From Prorocentrum cordatum (Eukaryota): a stretch of DNA of 64,000 nucleotides. The stretch covers positions 1 to 64,000 of the forward strand of contig CAUYUJ010000224.1 of the NCBI GenBank assembly GCA_963575745.1. Direction: 5' to 3'. Position numbers and translations under genes: made by a program. Shown here piece after piece: positions 51,974 through 64,000 of the stretch; the stretch's first letter is position 1, and every line of letters starts with the position of its first letter. Below the pieces are notes generated by a model that was not told the DNA's origin, did no database searches, and worked only from the letters and a program-made list of their open reading frames with translations.

Positions 51974-52832
51974 TCACCTTCCTTCCAACTCTTCATCTTC
52001 GACACGGTCCGTTGCTGAACGGCCCTGGGAGGCCCAGACCTTCTTGTCCCCTGAAGTGTAGCCCGCGGTGCGGAGAAGCTCAACAGCTTTGTCCCGCGAG
52101 CTCATGTTGGAGAACTCCACGAAAGCGATTCCTGTGAAGGTCCCTTTGGAATAGATTTTCGCTGGGGGAGGAGCTGAGAGTGTCTTCAACTTCTCTTGTA
52201 ACCACTCGGCGGCCGTCGACAAGTCGCCAACGCCGTCTAAGTTCCCCACCACCATTGTAACGAAGCGCTTGTTGGCGGGCTGGTCTGAGGAGAGAGTGGA
52301 GCCGTGGGGGGGGGTCATTGCTCGCCATAGCCATCTTGATGCGATCGTCGACGAGCTTACCTATCTCCTCGCTGGTCATGGGCATTGTCTTCAGCATCTC
52401 CTCCATCTTGTCAATGCGCAGATCGGCATCGATAACGCTAGCCTCGATGTTCTCCAGGCGGCTGGTCAGAGTCTCGCTCAAGGACGTGACCTTGATGTCC
52501 AGCTTCCCGAAGTCCCTCCCCAGAGCGTCCACGATGGAGGTCATGGGGGCCAGCTGCTGCTTCAGGAGGGCTGCAATGCCGCCCATCGTCACGGGCTCCG
52601 TGTCCACGGCAGCGGCGTCGGCACCCGAGAAGTCTGGCTGCCGGAAGGGGTTCGCGAGCTGATCCTTCACCTCGCGGTCCGAGTCACCGTCCATCTCCTG
52701 AAGTGGGCTCCTGAGGCGGGCCCGCTTGTCGGCGGGGGTGTCGAGGGCCACGACGACTGGCGCTGCACCGGAGGACGTCCCGCCTAGAGCTTCACGCACA
52801 GGAGTGCCCGGCTGGCGAGTGTGGGCTGGCAT
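51974..52832 (-). pseudogene. LINE ORF1: coiled coil and RRM-like domain, frameshift at the G run near 52310
   Basis: MPAHTRQ start, heptads (LTSRLENIEASVIDADLRIDKMEEML), then MVVGNL (RNP2-like) and GIAFVEF (RNP1-like). Confidence 0.75.
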
Positions 52833-53001
52833 GACTGGGAATGTGGTGTAAGAAATAAGTAAAAGAAAGAAGAAAGAGTAATGTGGTGTAAGAGGTGAGG
52901 AAAAGAAGCCACTTGAGTGGTCTTGAGCCAGGCCGAAACTTGAGCCAAGACGTGTGCAGCAGGATGTGCGGGGCAGGGTATGTGGTATAAGGTGGTGCGG
53001 G

Positions 53002-53074
53002 GCAGCACACGTCTTATACCACATACCCTGCAACTTGAGGTGGTGCAGGGTATGTGGTATAAGACGTGTGCTGC
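53002..53074. repeat. Perfect 31-bp inverted repeat with an 11-nt loop
   Basis: gcagcacacgtcttataccacataccctgca / tgcagggtatgtggtataagacgtgtgctgc. Confidence 0.95.
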
Positions 53075-54009
53075 AGGATGTGCGGGGTGCGACGCGTGCG
53101 GTGTGAAAGCCGCGTGGCCACGCAGCGCAGGTGGCGCCCACGAAGCGCCCACGACTGGGCACCAGCTGAGCACCGGGCGAAACCTCCGGCAGACCCGCCC
53201 AGAGCTCGGGGGTGGCCCACGAGGCGTCCAGGCACTGGGCAAAACTTCGACAAACCTCGCGGAGGAGGAGGAGGAGGAGGAGGAGGAGGACGAGGAGGAG
53301 GAGGAAAGGGAGGAGGAGGAGGAGGAGGAGGAGGAGGAGGAGGAGGAGGAGGAGGGAGAGGGGGAGGCGGAGGAGGAGGAGGACGAGGAGAAGGAGACAC
53401 CGAGTAACCCACGAGGCGTCTGGGCAACAACCTGGGCACCGGGCGAAGCTTCGACAAGACCACCCAGCGCAAGGGGCGTACACGAGGCGCCCGCGACAGG
53501 GCACCAACCGAGCATCCGGCGAGAAACCTCGGCAAGCGGGACCGATTCTCCTCGGGGAGCCTTCGTTCAGATTCGGTCCGACCCCCCAAGTACAAGCACT
53601 GTTGGGGGAACACTTCAGCAACGAGCCACTCGAGCACTCAACCGACTGGTCATGTAGCGCTGCCGAGTGTTTTCCGCACCCGCGAGTTGCGATCAAGACC
53701 GCTGTCGGTCCAGGGCGAGCTAAACAGGTCGCAAGTCGACGAGGCGCGCGCCGAGCCCCACGCATTCACACGCAGCGCTCGACTGGCTGGGCCTGCCGCA
53801 ATGCCCATCGCAATCCGCATATTCAGGGGAGCGCGGCGTCGCATCAGAGATGCGCGGCAGGCACGGCCGCTCGTGAGCGGGCGGAGCACAGGCCGCGCCT
53901 CGCGTACTCCTGGGAGCGAGCCGAGCCGCGAAGAAGAAGCAGAAGGGCCGGTTCCGGGAACCCAGAACCCGCCAAAGAACTCGCCTCTTGGAGGGCCGAT
54001 CTTGTGACT

Positions 54010-54122
<113 letters not shown>

Positions 54123-55169
54123 ACTACCCCAATGATCCTTCGGCGCAGGAGGTCTCGTGAGGGGCCCTAAACTGCCGTGCGAACGGCGCTGGTATAGGCA
54201 CTATGCTAAACCCGAAGCCCGACGAAGAGCGAGCAGAGGCAGGTGGGTATCCTCGTGCCCCAGCCCCGCCCCTACGCGCCCACCAGCAGGAGGACGGCTC
54301 GATCTTGGCTTCCGCAGGCTCCCACCAGGCTTTCCTCCGGGCTCCGCGGGGGGGGCCGCCCCCGCTTCATAACTCCGCCGCCCTCCGTGGCCCTCCGCCC
54401 AGGAAGGAGTGCCAGCCCCTCGCTTCCTCGAAGGGCGAGGCCACTTCTGGAACGCCTCCACTTGGGAGAGGCACCACAGGAGGCCAATCCAAGCCAACTA
54501 TATTTGGGCAACGCCGACCATTTGGCAAAGGCACTACGGCAGGTTCGTGTCGTGCCGACCCCAGCGTTGGTTTTTGACACCGCAGGGATCGTTCAACCTT
54601 GAACGATCGGCCGCTGCCACAACGTCCGATCGTTCAACGTCGATCGATTCTGGGTCGCCGGCGGCGTTCAACCTTGAACGCCCGCGCTGGGGTCGCCGCT
54701 GGTCGACACGACGTAAACCTACCGTACCTTTGGGAAACGCCAGCCATTTGGCGAAGGCCATTTCTGCAACGCCTCCAATGGGGAAAGGCACTGCCGGAAG
54801 GCGCGAAAGGGCACGGCGGGCGCTCCCACGAGGAAGCGCCGACCACCCAATCGCCACGAGGCATGGGGCGGGGCAGGCACGAGGAATAGGAGAAGGATGA
54901 GGACGAGGAGGAGGAAGAGGCGGAGGAGGAAGAGGAAGAGGAGGAGGAGGGGGAAGAGGAGGAGGAGGGGGAAGAGGAGGAGGAGGAAGAGGAGGAGGAA
55001 GCAAAGCAGGTGCGAATCCGACCAGGGGCGACAGCGAGTGTGCGGTGTGAAGCGGCAGATGAGGGAGGCAAAAAACCCAAGAGAGGGAACGAGGAGCGTA
55101 ACATATCGCCGACCGTGGCTCAGCAGCATAGACAGCGTGGAGAAGGGCGGGAGGAGGACAGCCCGTCGG

Positions 55170-55795
55170 AAGCGTGGATGTCTCAGGCCAAACAGGCTGG
55201 ACCACCTCGCGCGCGGCATCTCGGAGCCCGGAATTGCGAGGACGCCTCAGGCGAAACGGGCTGGACCACCTTGCGCAGGGCATCTCGCCGATCAGAATTG
55301 CGGTGATGTCTGAGGCGAAACGCACCGGACCACCTCGCGCGCGGCATCTCGAATCCAAAGCCTGTGAAACGTCTCAGGCGAAACGGCCTGAACCACCTCG
55401 CGCGCGGCATCTCGGAGCTCAGGGTTGCGAGGATGTCTCACGCGAAACGCGCCAGACCACCTCGCGCGTGGCGTCTCGGAGCCCAGAGTTGCGAAAATGC
55501 CTCAGGCGGAACGCGGCCAACCACCTATCGCGCGGCATCCCAGAGACCAGGATTGCGAGGATATTTCAGGCGAAGCGCGGCACCTCGGATTCAGATGCGA
55601 GGATGTCTCAAGCGAAATGGGCTGGACCACCTGTCTCGAGGCATATCCAGGATGTCAAGCGAAAAGCGGTGGACAAGCTCTCGCGCGGCATCTCGGAGCT
55701 CAGAGTTCAGAGGATGTCTCGAAAGAAAGACCCAATCCGGACCCACTCGGAGGCGAGATTTGTGAGGATGTCTTAGGCGAAACGGCCTGGACCGG
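55170..55795. repeat. Degenerate tandem array of about 62 bp (gaggatgtctcaggcgaaacgg...accacctcgcgcgcggcatctcggagc)
   Basis: About ten diverged units. Confidence 0.85.
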
Positions 55796-55923
55796 GTCAT
55801 TCGTTCGAAGATGTCGCGTCGAGGGGGCCCACCAGGCGGAACTAGCGTCTGTTCAGCTGTTTGGAGAAAAAGCGCGGAGAAAATAATAAAAAACCCAAAA
55901 ATAAACTGTTGGGCGGTCGCGGC

Positions 55924-56897
55924 CTTGCGCGCAACGACGAAGCGCAGCAGGTCGAGTGCCACCGCACGTAGACCCCGCGCGCGCTGGGCCCTCAGAAGCG
56001 GGAAGCCCCGCGCCATAGGCCACCCGGGCGTAGGTGGCCGGTGAGAAGGAGAGACGAAGGACGGCGAGAGAGCGACGGACCGTGGGGGAGTGTCCCACCA
56101 GGCGACTGCCAAGCGGAGCTGAAGAGGACGGCAAACGCGCGCTCGGCCAGAGCGCGCGGGTTGCAACCGCGAGGAGGCTGAAGGAGAAGACGAGACGGTA
56201 GCACCGTCGGGTAGGCGAAGCCTGGGCGGCGCTTGCGCCGCGGTGGAAGCACATACGCACACACAGACATGCACGCACAAACAAATAAACAAACAAACAA
56301 ACAAACAAACAGGTGGAACAAACATTACACGAGAGAGTGATACGCATACATACATACAACTGGATACCGATATGAGTATGTTCATATCTTGCGTGCACAT
56401 CAGTATGTGTGTATATGTAAACGTAAGACGTTGTATACAAAAACGTATACATCTGCACACGTACGTCTACCACCATATCTGTCTGCACTCCATGCATATG
56501 TCCAGTTATATGGTTAGGTTCTAGATCTGCATCCCCAAGATAGAATCGAGAGCGGCCAAGAGGGGGGTATCCAAGAGGGGGGGGGCGCAAATCATGACCG
56601 GCGGCATGTGCGCGGCCCAGCGGGGGGGCCAGAGACGTAACGAAACGAGAAGAGGCGCCACGAAATCTGGGGAAATATCATGGCCCCCGCCATGATATCC
56701 CCCCCCCTAGTCGTCACCCCCCTCTTTTCCGCCCCCGATAGAACGGACAGGCGCGGCCGCCTCGCGAGCGCCGCGGCCAGCGACCCCGCCAGCGCCAGAG
56801 GCGTCGCAACAGCCGCGGCCGCGGCCGGGCGCGTGCACGCGGCGGCGCCAGGCGACGCCGCCCACGGCAGCACCGCGGCGGACGTCGTCCTTGTCGC
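55924..56897 (-). CDS. Two candidate exons, 56761-56897 and 55924-55990 (...AAVATPLALAGSLAAALAR-AQRARGLRAVALDLLRFVVARK)
   Basis: AG|G acceptors, AG|GC donors and compatible phase 2. Ala-rich hydrophobic segment followed by an Arg-rich one. Confidence 0.35.
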
Positions 56898-57299
56898 CTC
56901 GGCGCGCGCACGCGGAGGCGGGCGCGGGCGGCTGCGGCGGGGGAGGGCGAGAGGAAAGGGCGACGACGGAAGCATCCTCCTCCTCCTACTCTTCCCATCG
57001 CTCTCCCACACGCGCGCTCCTCCTCCTCCTCCTCCTCCTCCTCCTCCTCCTCCTCCTCCTCCTCCTCCTCCTTTTCCCTTCCTCCTCCTCCTCCTCCTCT
57101 CTCCTCCTCCTCCTCCTCCTCCTCCTCCTCCCCCTCCTCCTCCTCCTCCTCCTCCATTGTTCTTGTATTCATATAAACATGAAAACAAACAAACAAAAAC
57201 ATAACAAAAAAACGCATCCCTGCCAAACCCCCAGAAGTGTTAGTAGAGTGGGCCGGGAGTTTCGCGTGAGACTCCCCCACCACGTATGATCGTGAAACT

Positions 57300-57985
57300 C
57301 GGAATGTGCAACCATTTCGCGGATGGAGGGCGGGTCGTTTTCAAAATGTGGCTATCGTCTTAGCCTTGCACGCATTCGTCTTCAAAATTCGCAACAGTTG
57401 TACCGTTGGAGGGCGAGTTGTCTTCAATATGTGACTATCGCCTAAGCACCGCGCGCATTCGTCTCAAAAGTCTGCAAAAGCTTCACAGATGGAGGGCGGG
57501 ACGTTTTCTAAATGCGTTTCTCGCTCAGCGTCGCGCGAGTTCGCCTGAAAAGTTTGCGATTATTTCACGGATGGGGGGACGGGTCGCTTTCAAAATGTGC
57601 CTCTCGCCTCAGCGCCGCGTACAATCGTGAGACAAGTGTTCAACAATTTCAAGGACTCGCATGGTTGAAGTCCCGAGCATGGCGTCGGGGGCGATCTACG
57701 ATCTATCAGGACGCAACAAACACGTTGATTCGCGGTGATATACTCCCACGGGTCGTGATCTGGCACGATACAACACTGTCAAGACGCAGCGGTCCCTTTG
57801 ACTCGCTGTGAAAGTCCCACGAATAGCGTTTTGGCACGATTGATGAATATCAAGCGGTTGTCTTCAAATGGAGCACTTCCCACAATGAAACAAATGGCTG
57901 CAGGGACCTGTGAAAAGGGAACTTGGAGAGAGGGTTTGTTGCAACATCGTTGATGCGCCCAGGGTTTACACGGGTCTCTTCTTCA

Positions 57986-58020
<35 letters not shown>

Positions 58021-58990
58021 CTCCTCCCACCGCGCGCGAGGGTGGGGGAAGGGGAGGGCGAAGCACAGCGTCGGAGCGGAAAGGGGAGGGCGAGGAGGAG
58101 GAGGAGTGAGGAGGAGGAGGAAGGAGGAGAAGGTGTGACCAGTGCAAACCCAAGACCCAGCAACGATGTTGCAGTAAACCCTCCCTCCATCCCTATACAT
58201 AGGCTCCTTCCTATAAGGATCGATCTTCACTGCGCGCAGAGCCCCAGTGGAAGGCAATCGTCTGAAAATCACCAGCCGTGGCAAAGCACCACTCCTGGGA
58301 CGTCAACGCCGCCGCGAATCGACGTGCTGTTATGACCTGACAGTCCTACACCGTTGCAGAACACCGCTTCTGGGACGTGAACACCACGACTCAACGCCGT
58401 GACTGCCACATCCGCACAATCCGAAACCGTGCCAAAACACCATGTATAGGACGCGAACCAAAAGAACCCTTGAAAATGTTGTAAGCGTTTGAAACAAATG
58501 CGCGCGCCGCTAAGGCAAGAGCCCCATCATGAAAAGCAACAGCCCTCCATCCGTGAAAATCTTGCAAAAGCTTGGAACGAATGTGCACGGCGCTAAAGCG
58601 AAAACCATGTTTTGAAAAGAAGCGGTTTTACATCAACAAAACTGCTGAAAGACAATGCGCGCGGTGGTAAGGCAAGGGCCACATTTTGAAAACCACACGC
58701 CCTCCATCCGTGAAACTGCTGCAACCCTTTAACACGAACGTGCGCGGCGCTAAGGCGAGAGCCACATTCAAAAACACACTTGCTCTCCATTTGCGAAACT
58801 GCTGCAAACTCTTCAAACGAATGCGCGCGGCGCTGAGGCGATAGCCACATGTTGACAACAACCCGCCCTCCACCCGCAAAGCTGTTGCACAACTCAATTT
58901 TCAGGACCATCGATGGTGAGGAACTATCAGGCGAAACGCCCGGCCCGCCCTACCGACCCGTCTCGGGGCACGACAATGAGGAATTATGTA
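57300..58990. mobile_element. Two family C copies tail-to-tail (57300-57980 +, 58137-58990 -)
   Basis: caacatcgttg...gggtttacac at about 57940-57970 and its reverse complement gtgcaaaccc...caacgatgttg at about 58142-58171. Confidence 0.7.
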
Positions 58991-59269
58991 TCGGAGGCGG
59001 GGGAGGGAAGATCGCAGCGGAACGGAGAGGCCCCCACCGAGAAACTGGTTCGGTTTCGTGTACGTGCGGGCGACGCGACGCTGCATGGGCGCGCGAGAGG
59101 AATAATGCCGCCGTGGCTAGGAGCTGTGGAGCTGGTTGTCCGCCCCCCACACACCCCCCCGTCGCGCGGTGGCCCAAGGTGTTCCGTCGGTGGCGCGGAG
59201 TGTCCCGCGTCGGTGGCGCGGGGTGTCCCGCGCGGTGGTGCGGGGTGTCCCGCGCGGTGGCGCTGGGTG

Positions 59270-59870
59270 TCGATGTGATCGATAGCGAGATCGATAGTGA
59301 GATCGATAGTGAGATCGACAATGAGATCGACAGTGAGATCGATAGTGAGACCTGTCGTGAGATCGATTGGGAGATCAGGTGTGAGAACGATAGTGAGATA
59401 TGTTGTGAGCTCCATGGTAAGATCGCTCGTGAGATCTATCGTGAAGACAGCGAGATCGATGGTGAAATCGATTGTGAGATCGGTTGGAACTGTGAGACCG
59501 ATAGTGAGATCAATAGTGAGATCGATTGTGAGACCGATAGTGGGAACTGTTGTGAGGTCGGCAGTGAGTCTGAGATGAGATCGATAGTCAGTTCGATTGT
59601 CAGATCGATGGCGAGATCGATTGGGAGGTCGATAGTGTGATCTGTTGTGAGATCGATCGTGAGATCTGTTGCGAGATCGATGATGAGATCTGTTGCGAGG
59701 TCGATGGTAAGATCGCCCGTGAGAGCATCGACAGCGAGATCGATAGTGAAATCGATTGTGAGATCTATCGTGCAAATTGTTGTGAGATCGATAATGAGAT
59801 CGATTACGAGATCGACAGTGAAATCTGTTGTGAACTCAAAAATTTGATCGACGAAAGATCGATTGAATGA
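59270..59870. repeat. 12-bp minisatellite (GAGATCGATAGT)n, degenerate
   Basis: Direct reading. Confidence 0.93.
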
Positions 59871-62044
59871 GACGTTGGTTCCTCCTCCCCCCCCCGAACC
59901 TCCGTATCACCCGAAGGGTGGTCGTATAAGCAAGGTAAAGGAATGAAGGAGGAGGAGGAGGACAAGGAGGAGGGGGGGAGTGAGGGGGAGGAGGACGAGG
60001 AGGAGGAGGAGTGAGGGGGAGGAGGAGAAAGAGACCCAGGGTAGGCATCATCGATGCTGCAATACGCCCTCCCCTACAAGACGAATACCCAATGGGCCTG
60101 GCATTCAGGCGGCAGCCCCGTGTTGAAAAGGAACCACCATCCGTCAATCTACATTAGAACTCACATGTCCAAAGAAATGTCAAGCAGGAGGGGCGTGTTA
60201 AAAAGGAACCGCTCCCAATCCGTGTGATTGGTGGACGTGCTTGGGGCTTCTCTCCATCAAACCTGAGGATGCTGCAAGCGACAGCCCAAAGTTGAAAAGG
60301 AGTTGAACAGGAGCAAGCATCAAAGCTTCATGCCTTGAATCCGAAGGAGGCCGGACAGGAGCCACGTCTGAAGCCAACACCACGTCCACCCGTGCAGCTG
60401 CTGCGAAAAGCTCTGCACACGACGCCGAGGTGGGAGCCGAAAGCAAGACTGGACTCTGCTACATCGGGAGGCTCCGAGAGCCGACGGGTCTGGAGGACGC
60501 GTCGGGCGCCGCGGCCGTTCCGGAGCGCTCCCGGACGCTCTGAGAGCGCTCCAGGACGCTCGGGAAGGATCCATCCTCATTCCAAGGAGGAGGAGGAGGA
60601 AGAGGAGGAGGAGGAGGAGGAGGCACCCAGACCTGCGATGTCTGGAGTTCTGCTGTGCGGAACCCCAGGACCTCTCGGCCCCTTCCTGGAGACCAGGTTC
60701 TGGTCCAAGGCTGTTGTCTGACGGTCCCAGGCCACGAAAACGGCCCCTGGGCGCCGAGAGCTGCGGAAAAATGTGCAGCGATATGCACCAGGCCCCAACC
60801 CCATCGGGTAAGCCTTGTCCCCGCTGGCCGACCTCCCTCCCCTGGCTGGGATGGAAACCGGTCCCGTTTGGATCCGTGGCAACTTTTTCGCCTTTTATGG
60901 GCGGCAGGCTGGCGGCGCTGCGGAACTCTGGCCCGCTGGGAACAAGGAGAGAGGCACGAGACGAGTTGGCGGCGAGCGAGGTGGGGAGGTGCGAGGGGGC
61001 AGGCCTATTCAGAAGGCTCGGAAGTCCCCCAGGCTTCTGAGAAGCCTTCTGAACTCCTCCTCCTCCTCCTCCTCCTCCTCCTCCTCCTCCTCCTCCTCCT
61101 CCTCCTCCTCCTCCCTCCTCCTCTCCTCCTCCTCTCCTCCTCCTCCTCCTCCTCCTCCTCCTCCTCCTCCTCCTCCTCCTCCTCCTCCTCCTCCTCCTCC
61201 TCCTCCTCCTCCTCCTCCCTCTACAGGAGGAATGCCCCGAAGACACAAGAAAACTCCTCAGAAGGCGCGAGGGCTTCTGAGAGGTCCCGCCGCCTCCCGA
61301 GAAGGCCTTCTCCTTGTCCCTTCCCCCCCCTCGCTCGCCGCCGAAATGCCGAGAATGATCTCCGCCTCGGCCTTCTGGTCCCACCAGTGAACCTCGTCGT
61401 CTGGCTTTCGGATCAGACCCCGGGCCTCCGGCGGCCCTCCGGGGCGCTCTCGGCACGCAGGGGCGCCTCCTGGCCAAGCGGAGCCGCTGGAGATCCACCC
61501 GAAGCAGGAAGCCCTGCGGGGAGCGGCGAAGCGTCCTCCACCCGGCGACGACGGGACCCGAAGTGGCACACCCCACCCAAACCTCCGACGCCATGACTTT
61601 GCCGTGGCGTCGACCCCAGAGGTCCAAACCCATTCCCCGGGATCGGGCTTGCATCCCGAACCGTTTTGTTGACGGCCCCGAGGCCCGGAATGGCCCCCCG
61701 AAAGGCCGAGGATAGCGAAGAAGAGCCCGTCGCGACTGCTTCATGACTCGGGCCCCCGGGCGGTGGCGCAGCCCCCGGGCCCCCGGGCGGTGGCGCAGCC
61801 CCGCCCGAAGTGCGACCGGCCCCGGCCACGGCACGGCAAAAGGGGCAGGTTCGAGGCCCCTCCACCGTCGCAGGCCTGGCCTCCACCCTCGCTAAGCTCG
61901 CGGCCGCCGCGGCACACACGCGAGGACACGCGCACCGCAGCCCTTTTGTTCGGGGGGCCACAGGAGGCCCGGACATGTTCGCGTCGTGAAGAAACAACAC
62001 ATATATATATATATATGTACGCATACATATATACATGCATACAT

Positions 62045-62083
<39 letters not shown>

Positions 62084-62641
62084 TACACATGCATATATAC
62101 GTATACGTATACGTATACATACTAGTATATGTATAATACACAAATTTTATATATGTGTTTATATATATATATATGTATACGTATATACATATTGATGTAT
62201 ACGCGAATGTACAAATATACACATATATACTGTGTAAACACATGTAAACACACATGCATATAGACATACATATACACATATGTCTATATACAGATAGCTC
62301 GGCCGCACCAAGATTAATCTCGCTACAGCTGCATATATGCATGTTCCGCCTACACCGAATCTCCCCTCGGCATTGCAGTATTCGCATAACGCTGCGACGC
62401 CGCAGCTGACGTCGCGGACGACGACGACACTGGTGCCGTTGCCTTTAGTGTCTCCGAGAAACAAGTCGCACCCCACCTAGGTGCAGATCTTACATCCTCG
62501 GCGCGCTTGCATCGGCGCCATGAAATGGCCCGCAACAGCGGGCTCTCCCTGCGAACAGACGCCCGTGCCCTGCGATGGCGCCAGCGGTCTGGATCGTCGC
62601 CCGCGCGCGGGCGATGCCGATGCGCCCCCGCCAAGGTGCGC

Positions 62642-63545
62642 TCATTTGTTCAGGTGCTCGAGCATCTCTCCCGCCATGGACGACGCATCGTCTGCCTGGT
62701 GCCAACGGGCCCACTGAGCAGACCGAACTCGGTCGCGCAGCGACGCGCTGCCAACGGCCCCAGACCTGCACTTCAGGTAGTTGCGCAGAAGCTGCCAGAA
62801 GCGATCTACCACCTGCGCGCCCCCATGCACTGCAGAGCCCCCCCGCCCCCGGGGCGACGCGCTCGCGCACTTTGGCGAACTTCGGGAGTGCCCGCGCGAA
62901 CTTCCCGCTGGGCCCAACAAGCTCCCCGCTCTTGCCCGCCAGCTTCTTCATCTCCATGTGGGCCACGCGGTCACGACGCGCCCCAGCGACCTTGAGCTCG
63001 CAGGCGCGGGCGCCGCCCCCGTGAAGGATGACGCTGCGATTCTGGAGATGCTTCTGCGCAAACTGCCATGGTGGGACCTGGCCCAGCGCCCGAGCCACTG
63101 TCTGCTTGGGTTTCAGACGCGTCAGGATGAGCGCCCGCGGGGCCCCGCGCTGCCGAGAACCGCCCCACTGCCCCCAGGCCACTGCGGCGACGAGCCGCCA
63201 TCGTCGACTATGTTTTCCCCCCCGAGATCAGCCTCGTCTGCCTCGACGTCGCACCGCGCCATCTTGCCTGAGTCACTGCCGAACTTGATGGTCGCTCAAT
63301 CCCCCGCGCGCAGAGACAGCGGGCCACGTCGCTCGCGCGGCAATTGCCCCAATGAGCGCTGGAGACCTGAGGACTCCATCCTTGTAGAGGAAGCACTGCC
63401 AACCAGTCATGCCCTGCAGATTGCCGTCGCCGACCAACACGCCCACGATGTCATCGTCGCTCGCCGCGCATGAATCCTTCAAGGTCCTGATCGCGACTTG
63501 TTTTCTGGGATTCTCCCCGTCTCCATGCCATGCCTGACGCACGGG
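62642..63545 (-). pseudogene. Decayed Merlin / IS1595 (ISXO2-like) DDE transposase
   Basis: Across frameshifts: DVEADEADLG (first D), WGQWGG..QRG, VILHGGGARA (degenerate I-x-TDG-x-x-AY) and GGAQVVDRFW (third acidic residue position). Order and spacing fit this superfamily. Confidence 0.65.
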
Positions 63546-64000
63546 GCCCTCGCCGCCTCCCCCTTTGCGGGCCGCTTCACGCGCGCCTTCCTAGCGAGGC
63601 GGCCCATCCTTTTTTTTTTTGGGGGGGGGTGGGGGGCGCGCGGGCGCCCCACTGCGGGGCGCCGCCGCAGGCCAACACAGCGCCACCTGCCGCTCGCCGC
63701 GAGGACAGCCCCGCTGCGCCTCGATCGCGTCCATCGCCCCCGCGGCCGAGCCCGCCATGCAGGACGCCAGCGGGGCGCGCGGGCGAACGGGGCGCCGCCT
63801 GTCGACCCCCGCAGAAAACTTGCGGCGGGGGGAGGCGTCGGACGAAATGCATTTTGCCATTGTCTAATTTGATGGCAGCGTGAACAACATCTTGACAGGT
63901 TTGCTCTTTGCACAGGCTATCTGCAGCTGGTCAGAAGGACACAAAGAAGCACGAAAAACGACGACGACCCGAGTGGATGACCAGAATATACATGTTTGGA

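Larger units (their letters stand above)
48660..52948 (-). mobile_element. Near full-length APE-type non-LTR retrotransposon (LINE), disrupted
   Basis: SL-like 5' end, ORF1, EN-RT ORF2 and a (CT)n tract at the 3' end. Related gtggtgcag/gtggtataag repeats lie on both flanks. Confidence 0.88.

Noticed and set aside
63273..63542. GDGNL and SDH motifs suggesting an APE endonuclease
   Set aside because: The remaining APE motifs are missing, and downstream frames fit an IS1595/Merlin transposase better.

Overview
Repeat-saturated, GC-rich eukaryotic DNA, almost certainly from a dinoflagellate. The evidence is a 21/22 match to the dinoflagellate spliced leader (DinoSL) at 46866-46887 (-) and candidate exons with GC and GA donors and AG|G acceptors. 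Most ORF-track entries are microsatellite or satellite artefacts. Main contents: (1) small minus-strand exons scattered over tens of kb, which join in phase into an OPR/RAP-like helical-repeat protein (best part 17939-30290) and a separate W-x-DG domain exon pair (1443-1883). (2) A near full-length, frameshifted APE-type LINE (48660-52948, -) and a second LINE-like ORF1 (45664-46887, -), both starting with spliced-leader sequence. (3) Two decayed CRE-like (RLE) retrotransposon fragments and a decayed Merlin/IS1595-like transposase. (4) Several non-coding element families next to (CAA)n or (CCT)n tracts that share termini and a 17-bp motif. (5) Many satellites and one 100-N gap. All calls come from reading the sequence by eye; no searches were run. 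Repeat boundaries are approximate and the exon joins are hypotheses.
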